Source: Syntrophomonadaceae bacterium (GTDB taxonomy: Bacteria; Bacillota; Dethiobacteria; DTU022). From it: a stretch of 64,000 nt of DNA. Shown here in pieces: positions 1 to 11,380 of the stretch; the stretch's first letter is position 1, and every line of letters begins with the position of its first letter. The DNA is taken from assembly GCA_007119965.1 (NCBI GenBank), contig SKOR01000044.1, positions 8,270-72,269 of the forward strand. The letters are read 5' to 3'. Made by a program: the position numbers and the translations under genes. The notes beneath the pieces are model-generated. The model searched no databases, had not been told where the DNA came from, and saw nothing but the letters and a program-made list of their open reading frames with translations.

Positions 1-1
1 T

Positions 2-1015
2 AAAATATTCAACAGCAGCGGTTTTAAACTGTCTGATAAGTTTGAAGAAAAAATTGAGGAAATATATTTCGGCGATCAGGGCGCAGTGCCCCGTCCGGAA
101 GGCGTTGAACTTGGCCAGGCCCTGATTGACGGCGATGCCCTGGAGATCTATTTAAACCACCTTAAGGGCAGTTCTGCTTCCCTCGATGGGTTGAGCCTGG
201 TAGTCGACTGTGCCCACGGCGCAGCCTGCAGGGTCGCCGGTGAAGTGCTCCGGGACCTGGGCGCGGAAGTGAAAATGCTTCATGATAACCCTGACGGCAG
301 TTTGATAAACGTTAACTGCGGGGCTACCGATACAGCTGACCTGCAGCGCTCGGTAAAAGAGAGCGGGGCGTCAGCGGGCCTTGCTTTTGATGGCGACGCT
401 GATCGCCTTATCGCTGTCGATGAAAAAGGGGCAATCGTTGACGGTGATGCAGTGATGGCAATTTGTGCCGTTGATATGGCTGGTAAAGGACTGCTTAAAA
501 ATAACACCCTGGTTGCTACTGTTATGAGCAACGGCGGCCTCGACATACTGGCTGAAAAAGAAGGTTTTAAAGTGATCAGGACCACGGTCGGGGACCGCTA
601 TGTTTTAGAGAAAATGGTTGAAGGCAGCTATAATCTTGGCGGAGAGCAGTCCGGGCATGTTATCTTTTCCGATTACGCCACTACAGGCGACGGCCTGCTT
701 ACGGCTTTACAGCTTTTAAAAGTGCTGCAGGAAAAGCAGCGGCCTCTCTCCGAGCTGGCATCCCTGATCGAGCGCCTGCCCCAGGTACTGGTAAACCGCA
801 AAGTTGCAACAAAAGAAGGCTGGTCGGATAACCCGAAAATAAAGGCTGCTATTGAAAAGGTAGAAGAAAAGCTGGGCCGAAATGGCCGCGTTCTTATCCG
901 CCCGTCGGGAACCGAACCTAAATTCAGGGTCATGCTCGAAGCAGACCTGCCTGAAGCGCAGCTCGAAGAGTATGCCACCGAGGTGGCGGAAGTGATCGTT
1001 AGAGAGCAATCTTAA
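2..1015 (+). CDS. glmM: phosphoglucosamine mutase (5'-truncated by window edge)
   Basis: Frame open from base 2 (KIFNSSGFKLSD...); FDGDADR metal loop, GGEQSGH, RPSGTEP motifs; directly upstream of glmS. Confidence 0.95.
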   Translation, partial: KIFNSSGFKLSDKFEEKIEEIYFGDQGAVPRPEGVELGQALIDGDALEIYLNHLKGSSASLDGLSLVVDCAHGAACRVAGEVLRDLGAEVKMLHDNPDGSLINVNCGATDTADLQRSVKESGASAGLAFDGDADRLIAVDEKGAIVDGDAVMAICAVDMAGKGLLKNNTLVATVMSNGGLDILAEKEGFKVIRTTVGDRYVLEKMVEGSYNLGGEQSGHVIFSDYATTGDGLLTALQLLKVLQEKQRPLSELASLIERLPQVLVNRKVATKEGWSDNPKIKAAIEKVEEKLGRNGRVLIRPSGTEPKFRVMLEADLPEAQLEEYATEVAEVIVREQS

Positions 1016-1158
1016 CTATATTGTTATAAGGGTTAACAGGATAAAAGGCAATGGGCAGGTTTTTTAGCGAGGGTTATAAATAATCCCCTGCTTTGGTTAA
1101 TGTGCTATCAGCTATCCAAAACATATTATGATCTGTTATTACAATTGGGGGACTGTTT

Positions 1159-2997
1159 ATGTGTGGCATCGTCGGCTACGCCGGAAGCAAAGAAGTTAAC
1201 GCTATACTAATTGATGGTTTAAAAAAGCTGGAATACCGCGGTTATGATTCAGCAGGTATCGCCCTGCAGCATGATGGAAAGCTTTTGATCAGCAAGGCGG
1301 CCGGATCAGTGGCCGATTTGGAAAAAACGCTTACAGGGCAGGAAAATGCGGTAACTGTTGGAATTGGCCATACCCGCTGGGCTACACACGGACGCCCTAC
1401 AGACGAAAACGCCCACCCGCACAGCAGCTGCTGTGAAGAAATCGCCATAGTCCATAATGGAATAATTGAAAACCACAGCGCCCTGCGCCAGTGGTTAACA
1501 GAGGAAGCGGGCCATACGTTCCGCTCGGAAACCGATACCGAGGTTCTGGCCCACCTGATCGAGGATTATTATGACGGTGATCTGCTTGAAGCAATGCGTA
1601 AAGCAGTAAGCAGGGCTGAAGGTTCCTACGCCCTGGTTGCTATTTCTTCCCGTGAACCCGGCCGCCTTGTCTGCGCCCGGCAGGACAGCCCCCTGATTGT
1701 CGGCCTCGGTGACGGGGAAAACCTGATTGCCTCCGACATCCCGGCCTTGCTGGCCCATACCCGCAGCACCAAGGTTTTGGAAGACGGCGAATTTGCCTCG
1801 ATCAGTGCAGACGGGGTAGAAATCTTTGATGCTGACGGAAAGCCGGTAGATAAAGAAATACTTGAAATTACCTGGGATATTGAAGCGGCAGAAAAAGGCG
1901 GTTATGATCATTTCATGCTCAAGGAGATCATGGAGCAGCCTGCTGCCGTCAGGGAAACCCTTCGCCAGCGTATTGATTCTGTTAACGGCAAAGTGACCTT
2001 AAGCGAGCTCGGGTTTACTGCAGAAGAGCTAAACCGGCTGGAAAAGATCCATATCATTGCCTGCGGAACCGCATACCATGCCGGCCTTCTCGGTAAAGCG
2101 GTAATTGAAAAAATAGCGAACGTTTCTGTTGAAGCAGATGTCGCCTCCGAGTTCCGTTACCGCGACCCGCTTTTACTGGAAAACCAGATCGCTATAGTAA
2201 TCAGCCAGTCGGGAGAAACTGCTGACACCCTGGCTGCCCTGCGCCTGGCCAGGCAAAAAGGTTTAAAAGTGCTGGCTATAACCAATGTAGTGGGCAGCTC
2301 TGTATCCCGTGAAGCCGATGAAGTCCTCTATACCTGGGCCGGGCCGGAAATTGCTGTCGCTTCGACGAAAGCTTACCTGACCCAACTGGTCTCTCTTTAC
2401 CTGGTTGCCCTGTATCTTGGCGAGGCGCGCGGCAGTATTGATGCAGAAACTTCTGCCGGTTTGATCAGCGGCCTGAAATCCCTCCCGGCGCATCTCAAGA
2501 CAATTCTTTCTGAAGATAGCGTGGTCAAACTGAGGGATTACTGCGATCACCTTTCCAAATGGGACAGCGCCTTTTTCGTCGGCCGCAATCTCGACTACCC
2601 GGTAGCCATGGAGGGGGCTCTTAAACTAAAAGAAATATCCTACATCCATGCTGAAGCATATGCTGCCGGTGAACTGAAGCACGGGCCCCTGGCCCTGATA
2701 GTTGAAGGCATCCCGGTTATCGCCCTTGTTACCCAAAAGGCGGTTTTCGATAAGACATTAAGCAACATCCAGGAAGTAAACGCCCGCGGCGGCGCGGTAT
2801 TTGCCATCACCCAGGAAGGTTTCGAAGAGGTGGCCAGGCAGGTTGAATCGGTTTTCTACCTGCCCGCGATTGATGATCTCCTGGCGCCTGTTTTAAGTGC
2901 CGTTCCGACTCAGCTTATTGCCTATTACGCTGCCCTTGCCCGGAACAGTTCAGTCGATAAACCCCGCAACCTGGCCAAAAGCGTAACCGTAGAATAA
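1159..2997 (+). CDS. glmS: glutamine--fructose-6-phosphate transaminase (isomerizing)
   Basis: MCGIVG N-terminus, GHTRWATHG, SQSGETADT, C-terminal PRNLAKSVTVE. Confidence 0.98.
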   Translation: MCGIVGYAGSKEVNAILIDGLKKLEYRGYDSAGIALQHDGKLLISKAAGSVADLEKTLTGQENAVTVGIGHTRWATHGRPTDENAHPHSSCCEEIAIVHNGIIENHSALRQWLTEEAGHTFRSETDTEVLAHLIEDYYDGDLLEAMRKAVSRAEGSYALVAISSREPGRLVCARQDSPLIVGLGDGENLIASDIPALLAHTRSTKVLEDGEFASISADGVEIFDADGKPVDKEILEITWDIEAAEKGGYDHFMLKEIMEQPAAVRETLRQRIDSVNGKVTLSELGFTAEELNRLEKIHIIACGTAYHAGLLGKAVIEKIANVSVEADVASEFRYRDPLLLENQIAIVISQSGETADTLAALRLARQKGLKVLAITNVVGSSVSREADEVLYTWAGPEIAVASTKAYLTQLVSLYLVALYLGEARGSIDAETSAGLISGLKSLPAHLKTILSEDSVVKLRDYCDHLSKWDSAFFVGRNLDYPVAMEGALKLKEISYIHAEAYAAGELKHGPLALIVEGIPVIALVTQKAVFDKTLSNIQEVNARGGAVFAITQEGFEEVARQVESVFYLPAIDDLLAPVLSAVPTQLIAYYAALARNSSVDKPRNLAKSVTVE

Positions 2998-3152
2998 TAT
3001 CAACAGAGACTTCGTGGAATAGTCATATCAGCTATTGCTTAAGCCGGGATAGAAAAGGGTTGCGGAAATAAAGAATAGAAATAGTGTTGGAATAAGTAAA
3101 TTATAATAGCTGACTCCAGTTATTTCACTTCAGGGAGAGGCGAATCTGACCG

Positions 3153-3293
3153 ATGCAGACAGCAGCCTGGTTGCTCTTTCTTGCCTGCGGCATTATCTAC
3201 CTTATTGCTTCCATTCGCGATCGCGATTTGCTGATGATTGCCGGCAGTGCCTGTTTCATAGTGGCCGTGATAATATTTCTCCTGCCGGCTTAG
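3153..3293 (+). CDS. small two-helix membrane protein (46 aa)
   Basis: AGGGAGAGG upstream; MQTAAWLLFLACGIIYLIASIRDRDLLMIAGSACFIVAVIIFLLPA*; two hydrophobic segments joined by a charged RDRD loop; below the ORF-track cutoff. Confidence 0.65.
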   Translation: MQTAAWLLFLACGIIYLIASIRDRDLLMIAGSACFIVAVIIFLLPA

Positions 3294-3383
3294 CAGCTTA
3301 GTGATTCCGGCATTGTCTGAGCCCGCCGGCATGGGGAACTGAAGCAGAATAAACGGCGCCTGAAGATACAAAGGAGAATTGTT

Positions 3384-5090
3384 ATGACAGCGAAAAAGGA
3401 AACAGAAGGCAAAACAAATTTTATCTATACCATGATCAGGGAAGATCTTGAAAAAGGACTGCTTGAGGATCGGCCCGTTCACACCCGCTTTCCCCCGGAG
3501 CCGAACGGTTACCTCCATATCGGCCATGCCAAGGCAATCCTGTTGAATTATGGGATTGCCCGTGATTTTAAAGGCAACTTTAACCTTCGTTTCGATGATA
3601 CCAACCCGATTAAGGAAGAACAGGAATTTGTCGATTCGATTATTAATGATATTCGCTGGCTTGGGGCAGATTGGGAAGATCGCCTCTTTTTCAGCTCCGA
3701 CTATTTTGATGTAAAATACCGGTTTGCCCAGCGCCTGATTGAAGCCGGACGAGCCTATGTCTGCGATTTAAACCAGGAAGAAATCAGGGCTTACCGGGGC
3801 ACCCTGACCGAACCGGGAACCGAAAGCCCCTATCGGACCCGTTCGGCAGAAGAGAACCTCGACTTGTTCGAGCGAATGCGCAGCGGGGAGTTTGAGAGCG
3901 GCAGCCGCGTCCTCAGGGCTAAAATCGATATGGCTTCGGGCAACCTGAACATGCGCGACCCGGTAATCTACCGCATCCTCCATGCCGTCCATCACCGGAC
4001 CGGCGGCAAGTGGTGTATTTACCCGATGTATGATTTCGATCATCCATTTTCCGATGCCCTTGAGGGGATTACCCACTCGCTCTGTTCGATTGAATATACC
4101 GACCATCGCCCCCTGTATGACTGGGTCGTGGACAGCGCGGTTGAACTTATGCCTGAAGAAGTCAGGTTTCGTTCCCGCCAGACAGAATTTGCCCGCCTCA
4201 ACATGACCTATACGGTGATGAGCAAGCGCAAATTGCGCCGCCTGGTTGATGAAGGCCACGTTGAAGGCTGGGCAGATCCCCGTATGCCGACCATTGCCGG
4301 CCTGCGCAGACGGGGTATCACCCCGCAGGCCATAGCCGATTTCCAGGAGAGGGTAGGCGTATCCAGGGCGGACAGCACAGTTGATCTTGCTATGCTGGAA
4401 CACTGTATCCGCCAGGAGCTTGAAACCACGGCCCCCCGCCTGATGGCAGTGCTCGATCCGATCAAAGCGGTCATAACCAACTGGCCTGCCGGGAAAACTG
4501 AAATGTGCGAAATGGAAAACCTCCCCGGCAATGAAAGCGCCGGTACCCGCCAGGTGCCCTTCGGCAGGGAAATCTATATCGAGCGCGATGATTTCATGGA
4601 AGAACCCCCGAAGAAGTTCTTCCGCCTGGCCCCGGGCAGGGAAGTGCGTTTAAAAGGAGCCTACGTTATCTGCTGCGAGGAAGTTATTAAAGACGAGGAT
4701 GGAAATATTACCGAACTGCGCTGCACCTACGACCCGCAGACGAGAAGCGGATCTGATACAAGCGGTAAAAAAATCAAGGGTGTAATTCACTGGGTTTCAC
4801 ACGAACACGCTGCCAGGATTACGGTCAATCTATATGACAACCTCTTCACCATGGAAAATCCCGAAGGGGAGGCGGAAGTTGATTTCACCAGGAACATTAA
4901 CCCGCAGTCCCTGGTTGTCTGTGAAGATGTGCCCGCTGAACCGGCTGTTGCTGACGCAGTTCCGGGCAGCCGCTTTCAGTTCCTGCGCAAGGCATATTTC
5001 TATCTAGATCCGGAAGCCCCGGATAACGGGACGCCGGTTTTTAACCGGATTGTCCAGTTAAGGGACAGCTGGGCCAGGATGAAGAAATAG
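3384..5090 (+). CDS. glnS: glutamine--tRNA ligase
   Basis: [15 protein letters not shown] (HIGH), MSKR motif, [16 protein letters not shown]; AAGGAG RBS. Confidence 0.95.
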   Translation: MTAKKETEGKTNFIYTMIREDLEKGLLEDRPVHTRFPPEPNGYLHIGHAKAILLNYGIARDFKGNFNLRFDDTNPIKEEQEFVDSIINDIRWLGADWEDRLFFSSDYFDVKYRFAQRLIEAGRAYVCDLNQEEIRAYRGTLTEPGTESPYRTRSAEENLDLFERMRSGEFESGSRVLRAKIDMASGNLNMRDPVIYRILHAVHHRTGGKWCIYPMYDFDHPFSDALEGITHSLCSIEYTDHRPLYDWVVDSAVELMPEEVRFRSRQTEFARLNMTYTVMSKRKLRRLVDEGHVEGWADPRMPTIAGLRRRGITPQAIADFQERVGVSRADSTVDLAMLEHCIRQELETTAPRLMAVLDPIKAVITNWPAGKTEMCEMENLPGNESAGTRQVPFGREIYIERDDFMEEPPKKFFRLAPGREVRLKGAYVICCEEVIKDEDGNITELRCTYDPQTRSGSDTSGKKIKGVIHWVSHEHAARITVNLYDNLFTMENPEGEAEVDFTRNINPQSLVVCEDVPAEPAVADAVPGSRFQFLRKAYFYLDPEAPDNGTPVFNRIVQLRDSWARMKK

Positions 5091-5187
5091 CTAGAGCTCT
5101 CAAGCACCTCAGAAACTTACTGCCGGCTTTTTTTTCAGGAGGCCTGCTTTAAGATACATTTAATGAAAAAAGCAAGGGGGGAACAGT

Positions 5188-6582
5188 ATGGAAAAGGTAA
5201 CAGTCAGCCAGCTGGTCAGGGGTGCTGAAAAATACGCTGACCAAACGGTAAACGTAAACGGGTGGGTCCGGAACAACCGCGACCAAAAAGAATTTGGTTT
5301 TATTGCCCTGAACGACGGCACCCATTTTAACACGGTGCAGGTCGTCTACGAAAAAGAAAACCTGGGCAACTACGACCGTGTGGCCAGGCTGGGCGTCGGT
5401 TCGGCGATAAGTGTAACCGGCCGGCTGGTGCTGACCCCCGAAGCAAGGCAGGCCTTTGAAATCAAGGCAGACCGGGTAGCCCTTGAAGGCGATTCTCCTG
5501 AAGATTACCCGATCCAGCCGAAGCGGCACAGCAGGGAATTTCTGCGGGAAGTAGCCCACCTGCGCCCAAGAACCAACCTGTTTACTGCAGTCTTCAGGGT
5601 TCGCTCCATGCTGGCCTTTGCTGTTCACCAATTCTTCCAGGAAAAAGGCTTTGTTTGCCTGCATGCCCCGATCATAACTGCAAACGATGCTGAAGGGGCG
5701 GGCGAACTCTTCAGGGTAACCACCCTGGACCCCCACAATGCCCCGCTGACAGGTGACGGGAAAGCAGACTATTCCTGCGATTTTTTCGGCAAAAAAACGA
5801 ACCTGACTGTCAGCGGTCAGTTGGAAGCGGAAGCTTTTGCCCTGGCATTCAAAAATGTCTATACTTTCGGCCCAACTTTCAGGGCGGAAAACTCGAATAC
5901 CCCCCGTCATGCCGCGGAATTCTGGATGATTGAACCGGAGATTGCTTTTGCCGACTTAAACGACAACATGAACCTGGCGGAAGAAATGATCAAATACCTG
6001 ATTAGCTGCCTTCTCGAAAAAGCCGAACCCGAAATGGCCTTTTTCAGCCAGTTTGTAGACAAGGGATTGCAGGAAAGGCTGCAGGATATTGTCACTGCAG
6101 ATTTTGCCCGGATCACCTACACCGAGGCGGTCGAAAGCCTTCAAAAAGCGAAAAAGAAGTTCGAATACCCCGTTGAGTGGGGCAAAGACCTGCAGACCGA
6201 ACACGAGCGTTTCCTGACCGAAAAGATATTTCACAAACCCGTTTTCGTTTCCGATTACCCAAAAGAGATCAAGGCCTTTTACATGCGGGTAAATGATGAT
6301 CAAAAAACTGCAGCCGCCATGGACCTGTTGGTTCCCGGGGTGGGAGAAATCATCGGCGGCAGCCAGAGGGAAGAACGGGCTGATGTCCTTAAAGAACGCA
6401 TGGCAGCATTTAATATCGAACCTGAAGAACTGCAGTGGTACCTTGACCTGCGTAAATACGGCGGAGTCAAACACGCCGGTTTCGGTCTCGGCTTTGAAAG
6501 GGCTATCATGTACTTCACCGGGGTTAGCAACATCAGGGATGTAATCCCCTTCCCCAGGACAGTTAACTCCTGCGAATTCTAA
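5188..6582 (+). CDS. asnS: asparagine--tRNA ligase
   Basis: OB fold [43 protein letters not shown]. Confidence 0.97.
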   Translation: MEKVTVSQLVRGAEKYADQTVNVNGWVRNNRDQKEFGFIALNDGTHFNTVQVVYEKENLGNYDRVARLGVGSAISVTGRLVLTPEARQAFEIKADRVALEGDSPEDYPIQPKRHSREFLREVAHLRPRTNLFTAVFRVRSMLAFAVHQFFQEKGFVCLHAPIITANDAEGAGELFRVTTLDPHNAPLTGDGKADYSCDFFGKKTNLTVSGQLEAEAFALAFKNVYTFGPTFRAENSNTPRHAAEFWMIEPEIAFADLNDNMNLAEEMIKYLISCLLEKAEPEMAFFSQFVDKGLQERLQDIVTADFARITYTEAVESLQKAKKKFEYPVEWGKDLQTEHERFLTEKIFHKPVFVSDYPKEIKAFYMRVNDDQKTAAAMDLLVPGVGEIIGGSQREERADVLKERMAAFNIEPEELQWYLDLRKYGGVKHAGFGLGFERAIMYFTGVSNIRDVIPFPRTVNSCEF

Positions 6583-6767
6583 CCAGCACCATCTTAAGCG
6601 GCAGCGGCATATAGATACAATGCCGGTATTTTAACTGCCCGGCCAGCCGGTAGGTTTCCGGCAGCTGCAAGCGGAGCATTTCCTTGTCTTTCCCATCTCA
6701 GGAAGTGGAGTAGGTTGGGGTCCCGCGGGTCAAACCGGTTTATATAAACAATTATGGCGGACAAACT

Positions 6768-7502
6768 ATGACTGAACACTATGTAACTCACCAGGGGAAA
6801 AATATTGCCTTCACTGTTGTCAGAAAAAAGGTTAAAAACGTTAATCTCAGGGTTTGCCCCGATTCGACTGTGGTTATTTCCGCGAACAAAAAGGTCCCTT
6901 ATAGTTATATCGAGCAGCTGGTGAAGGATAAATTGCCCTGGATCATTAAAACCATGGACCATTTTGAGACTAAGCGCAGCATAAAAGGTAACCGGAAATA
7001 TATTACCGGGGAAATAATCGAATACCTGGGCAGCTATTACCCCCTGAAAGTAATCGAGGTTCCGGGCCGTGAAGAGGTGATCTTCGACAGCGGCGATTTT
7101 TTCCTTTTTGTCAGAGACGATAATGATCCAGTTTTAAAAGAGCAGCTTTTCGCGCAATGGTATAAAGATCAGGCAAAGGCATTGTTTGACCGGTCGCTGG
7201 AGAGAATGCACCCCCTGGTAGCCGGAGATGGCATTGAAAAGCCCTCAATTACAATTAGAACTATGAAAACCAGGTGGGGCTCCTGTTCCTGGAGCAGGCA
7301 AAAAATTACCTTAAATACGGAGCTGGTTAAAACCCCCCCGGAGTGTATAGACTACGTGCTGCTGCATGAACTGGCTCACTTCAAATACCATAAACACGAT
7401 GCCAGTTTCTACAGCTATTTAGCCGGACTGATGCCGGATTGGAAAGAGCGGAAACAAAGTCTTAAATCCTTCTCGGCCAATCTCTCTCTATGCCGGGGGT
7501 AG
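6768..7502 (+). CDS. YgjP/DUF45 (M48/SprT-like) zinc metalloprotease family protein
   Basis: MKTRWGSCS, IDYVLLHELAH (HExxH), downstream H..FY, PDWK. Confidence 0.9.
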   Translation: MTEHYVTHQGKNIAFTVVRKKVKNVNLRVCPDSTVVISANKKVPYSYIEQLVKDKLPWIIKTMDHFETKRSIKGNRKYITGEIIEYLGSYYPLKVIEVPGREEVIFDSGDFFLFVRDDNDPVLKEQLFAQWYKDQAKALFDRSLERMHPLVAGDGIEKPSITIRTMKTRWGSCSWSRQKITLNTELVKTPPECIDYVLLHELAHFKYHKHDASFYSYLAGLMPDWKERKQSLKSFSANLSLCRG

Positions 7503-7539
7503 TAGTTCCCCTCTGCTTCCCATGGGTTGCAAACTGGTC

Positions 7540-8403
7540 CTATCCAAGGCAGCCCAAAATATGATTGCGCAGCTGCTTATAAGCCAGCGCCCCCGTTGTG
7601 TGTCCCTTACTGATAGTTTTTACAGGGCACTCTCCGTATGAATCCCTCTGCAGGCTGTACCTGACTAACTGGTCGTGTGCGGCCAGGAGGGGGAATACAT
7701 TACTGCTGTCCCTGTCCGCAAAGCCCTTTTCAAAGTTCAGCACAGCTTCAATTGCGGACGGGTTATTTTTTGCTTCCGGCGCAGTTGCCCTGCTGTATAC
7801 CGAATAAAGATAAGCATCGTGCATGGCCAACCCTGCCAGCAGTGGCGTATAATAGTCGGCGCTGTTATAGTGAATATGGTGGAGGTTGGTAATGAAACCG
7901 CCGAGGCTTGTCCCGGCCACAATAATTTCACCGACGCCTTTACTCCTGTTTTGCTGCACTAAGTGCTCGATCAGGCGGACAGAAACGGCCAGCATTGCTA
8001 CGACATTGGACAGGGTGCGGATACCCTGCTGAAAATCTTTCATAGACCGGTGAAATGGGGCCCTGACCAGATAAAGGTTCGCGGGGATATTTTCTTTTTT
8101 ATAAGGAAATATCCGGTTGAAGCCGTAATCAAAGGGGGTTTCGCTGGCGCCGTGATGATAGATAACAGAGGGGTGGTTCTCATCAATCCAATGGGCCAGG
8201 CGAAAAGCAGTATTCAGCTCGCCTGCCAGGGTGCCGGCTAATAATTCGTAGTCTCCTTCACCTGTAACCCGGGGGAATTCAAGCGAAATGTTCTCCAGGT
8301 TTACAGCAACACTTTCAGACTCAATACCTTCCCGAAAATACTTGGGCATGAATTTAGCCCCCAGGCCTACAGCTGCATTATCAATAATTCCATGAATGCT
8401 CAC
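7540..8403 (-). CDS. alpha/beta-hydrolase-fold protein
   Basis: GTSLGG nucleophile elbow, late D and GH residues consistent with a triad; GGAGGG RBS. Confidence 0.7.
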   Translation of the reverse strand: MSIHGIIDNAAVGLGAKFMPKYFREGIESESVAVNLENISLEFPRVTGEGDYELLAGTLAGELNTAFRLAHWIDENHPSVIYHHGASETPFDYGFNRIFPYKKENIPANLYLVRAPFHRSMKDFQQGIRTLSNVVAMLAVSVRLIEHLVQQNRSKGVGEIIVAGTSLGGFITNLHHIHYNSADYYTPLLAGLAMHDAYLYSVYSRATAPEAKNNPSAIEAVLNFEKGFADRDSSNVFPLLAAHDQLVRYSLQRDSYGECPVKTISKGHTTGALAYKQLRNHILGCLG

Positions 8404-8474
8404 TTTACAGATCCCTCCATTTAATAAACTGTTTCCAGACTGCCGCCGGTTATCAAAACAGTGGTGCTAAAAGT

Positions 8475-9539
8475 CTATTGAAGATAAGTTCCTGCCTTAA
8501 TCTCGATAATACTCCGGTTGAACTGATCATTTTCCCTGTAGAAAGGGGTATGGGCAGACTTTTCAAAGACAACCAGGCCTTTTTGGGGTGCATCGATTAC
8601 TTTATAATACTTCTCTACCAGTTCAAGCGGAGTATTATAATCTTTTGCCCCGATCAGGAAGTAAACGGGAATTTCTGCTGCTGGAACCTGCTCAATAAAA
8701 TTGAACTGCATCATTTTGCTTTCATCGTGAAGGGGGCCACCACCCCTGGTCATGCCATCGAGCATACGGAAATAATCTATAAAGGTATACTCGGGCGCTT
8801 TGGCTGCAACCAGGGCCAATTGCCACAGCTCTACATCAAAGTTGCCGCCATAGGCAGCTACGAGCCGGGCCAGGTTCCTGTATTCATTGTGGTTGTAAGG
8901 CGGTTCACCGATTGCCTGCAGTTTACCCAAATCTTCCCGGTTATCATTCTGCTCAATTTCTTCTAACAGCCAGTTGTAGGCAATCCTTTCTGCCCTCTGG
9001 TTGTCGACAACCTGGCTCACGCCGATATAAGCATGGAACAGGTCAGGGTCTTCAGCGGCCAGTTCAATTCCCAGCAGGGTGCCCCAGGAATGCCCCAGCA
9101 GGTAAACCCTTTCCTGCCCCAAAAGATCCTGTAAGTATGCTATCAGTTCGCGGGCGTCATCCTTAAACTGTTCAACAGACATTGTCTTTATATCAAAACC
9201 GCAATGGTTCGATTTTCCCGCACCCCGCTGATCCCAGTGGACAACTACAAACTCTCTTTCCAGGCTTCGATCGAGATGGTGTGCCAGGGGCATCTGGGCC
9301 GATCCTGGCCCGCCGTGAAGCCACAACAGGACCGGGTTTGTGCGGTCCCGGCCGCGGACGGAAATCCACTGCTTCATATTCCCCAGTTCAATTTCTTCCA
9401 GGACTGCGATGCTTTCCGGGATTACATTGCCCCGGTCATCTTTGAACTGTGGAGTTGCAGGGGTAACCCCGAGGTAAAGAGCCAATGCAATTATCAACAG
9501 CGCTATGCCGGCGGCAGATATTGCTAAAAGTTTTTTTAT
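8475..9539 (-). CDS. membrane-anchored alpha/beta hydrolase (proline iminopeptidase-like)
   Basis: LHGGPG, WDQRGAGKS, GHSWG, SAH. Start extended to ATA at 9539, 6 nt after RBS GGGGGAG, giving an MKKLLAISAAG... signal anchor. Confidence 0.85.
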   Translation of the reverse strand: MKKLLAISAAGIALLIIALALYLGVTPATPQFKDDRGNVIPESIAVLEEIELGNMKQWISVRGRDRTNPVLLWLHGGPGSAQMPLAHHLDRSLEREFVVVHWDQRGAGKSNHCGFDIKTMSVEQFKDDARELIAYLQDLLGQERVYLLGHSWGTLLGIELAAEDPDLFHAYIGVSQVVDNQRAERIAYNWLLEEIEQNDNREDLGKLQAIGEPPYNHNEYRNLARLVAAYGGNFDVELWQLALVAAKAPEYTFIDYFRMLDGMTRGGGPLHDESKMMQFNFIEQVPAAEIPVYFLIGAKDYNTPLELVEKYYKVIDAPQKGLVVFEKSAHTPFYRENDQFNRSIIEIKAGTYLQ

Positions 9540-9624
9540 GATGATCTCCCCCCGATATTGTTGTGAAACAAATTGCTTAATGGATTTCTACGGTTGTTAA
9601 TTAAGGAAGTCCAAAAAGGCCAGG

Positions 9625-9927
9625 TTACAGGAGATCTTGCACCGATTTTACTTTTTGGCTGATAGAGCTGTTTTTATCCCGCCGGTCATCGATCTTAATG
9701 CTGGTGCTGACCCGTGCCACGCCCAGGCGGAAAGGCACTTCGTGCAGGCGCCGGATCAGGGAGATGATTTGGTCCAGGTCTCCCTCGATAATTGTGCCCA
9801 TGGCAGTAAGTTCATACTTTAAGCCAGTGCTGTTTTCCCGCAGTTCCTTTTCACAGGCGGCTACGTACTGGCTCATGCTGGTACTGCCTGTTCCCAGGGG
9901 AACAATCGAAATCTCGACTACGGCCAT
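9625..9927 (-). CDS. MTH1187/YkoF family thiamine-binding protein
   Basis: MAVVEISIVPLGT...YELTAMGTIIEGD...RVSTSIKIDDRRDK signature. Confidence 0.9.
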   Translation of the reverse strand: MAVVEISIVPLGTGSTSMSQYVAACEKELRENSTGLKYELTAMGTIIEGDLDQIISLIRRLHEVPFRLGVARVSTSIKIDDRRDKNSSISQKVKSVQDLL

Positions 9928-10057
9928 TTTATCCACCCCCGTTAAAATTTCTTATATTATATCAAACAAATTACTGCCCGTGGGTATAAGGAATTTAATG
10001 CCGGGTAGTTCTAAGGCAACATGTTAACCAGCGCAGCCTAAACCCCCGGAAGTTGAA

Positions 10058-10086
10058 GCAGGAATTGATCTAAGGGCGTAGAATAT
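10058..10086 (+). promoter_or_regulatory. SigH-type promoter
   Basis: GCAGGAATT-N14-GAATAT upstream of the HD-GYP gene. Confidence 0.55.
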
Positions 10087-10257
10087 AAGGTAAGGTCTGG
10101 AAGAAATAAGCATGCAATTTCTGAAATGGCTAATATTTTATTTTCAGGATTCAAATCTCTAAAGCGCTCGAGACTATTGCCCCTGAACATCCTTCCTGCC
10201 CGCTGCAGCGGTTAAAGAGGATTCATGATGTTTATTGGCCAGAAAGAAGGACTTTTT

Positions 10258-11349
10258 ATGCGCAGGGTTTCCCCTGGTATGGCCCGCCCCGGCATGATCT
10301 TAGCGAAAGGTATCTTAGGCAGCAATGGCCAGATCCTGCTCAGGGCTGGAGTTGAGATAAAAACTCAATACCTGGGTTACCTGAAAGGCCTGGGGATTGA
10401 ATATATTTACATCCGGGATAACAGGATTAATGATGTGCAGGTTGACGATATAATCATGGAAGAAACACGCCAGCAGGCCCGTGCCCTGATTAAGACAGTT
10501 ATGCAAAATGCAAAATCATCTCTTGCCCCGAATTTAAAAACAAAAAGCCTCAATATCTACAACGGGGAGATCGTCAGGACAGTAGTAAAAATTGTTGAAG
10601 AGTTGCTGGAAAATGAAGCGATGATGGTGCAGTTGATCGATATCAGGGCCAGGGATGAATATTTATTTGCGCACAGTGTAAACTGTGCGGTTATGGCAAC
10701 CCTGGTTGCGGTAAAAATGAAATATAATCCCGCCGAATTGAAATGCCTGGCGACAGGAGCCCTGCTTCATGATCTGGGTATGGTTGCCGTGCCGGAAGAT
10801 ATCCTCAACAAGCGCGAGTCGCTGACCGGTGATGAAAGGAAAACCATCGAGCGCCACCCCCTGTATGGTTATGAAATTTTTAAGAAAACATCTATTTTCA
10901 ATGCCTACGCCGGCACAGTAATTTTGCAGCATCATGAACGCTTCCAGGGGCAGGGCTACCCGCACGGTCTGACCGGACCGAAGATCAACCCCATGGCCCA
11001 GGTTGTCGGCATAGTTGATGCCTATGATGCCCTTACCTCAGAAAGGCCTTACCGGAAAGCTTATCCAACGCATAAGGCTGTGGAAATGCTCATGTCCCGG
11101 GGTGAAGAATGCTTCGATCTCAAGATCCTGCAAAGTTTCCTTTCTGTTATTGCAGCTTACCCGCTCGGTTTTCATGTCGTATTAAGCAGTGGTGAAAGCG
11201 GGTTAGTAATTGCCAATAATCCCGACTTTACGCTGCGGCCGGTCGTCAGGGTGTTATATACCGGAGAAGACCTGGCTCCCCATCCTGCACCTTATGACCT
11301 GGATCTTTCACAGGCCCTGAATCTGACCATTACAGAAGTCTTAAACTGA
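10258..11349 (+). CDS. HD-GYP domain c-di-GMP phosphodiesterase
   Basis: HSVN, LLHDLG, HHERFQGQGYP, DAYDALTSERPYR. Confidence 0.9.
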   Translation: MRRVSPGMARPGMILAKGILGSNGQILLRAGVEIKTQYLGYLKGLGIEYIYIRDNRINDVQVDDIIMEETRQQARALIKTVMQNAKSSLAPNLKTKSLNIYNGEIVRTVVKIVEELLENEAMMVQLIDIRARDEYLFAHSVNCAVMATLVAVKMKYNPAELKCLATGALLHDLGMVAVPEDILNKRESLTGDERKTIERHPLYGYEIFKKTSIFNAYAGTVILQHHERFQGQGYPHGLTGPKINPMAQVVGIVDAYDALTSERPYRKAYPTHKAVEMLMSRGEECFDLKILQSFLSVIAAYPLGFHVVLSSGESGLVIANNPDFTLRPVVRVLYTGEDLAPHPAPYDLDLSQALNLTITEVLN

Positions 11350-11380
11350 TCGGACAGACTAGTTATGGAGGTAGTCTTCG

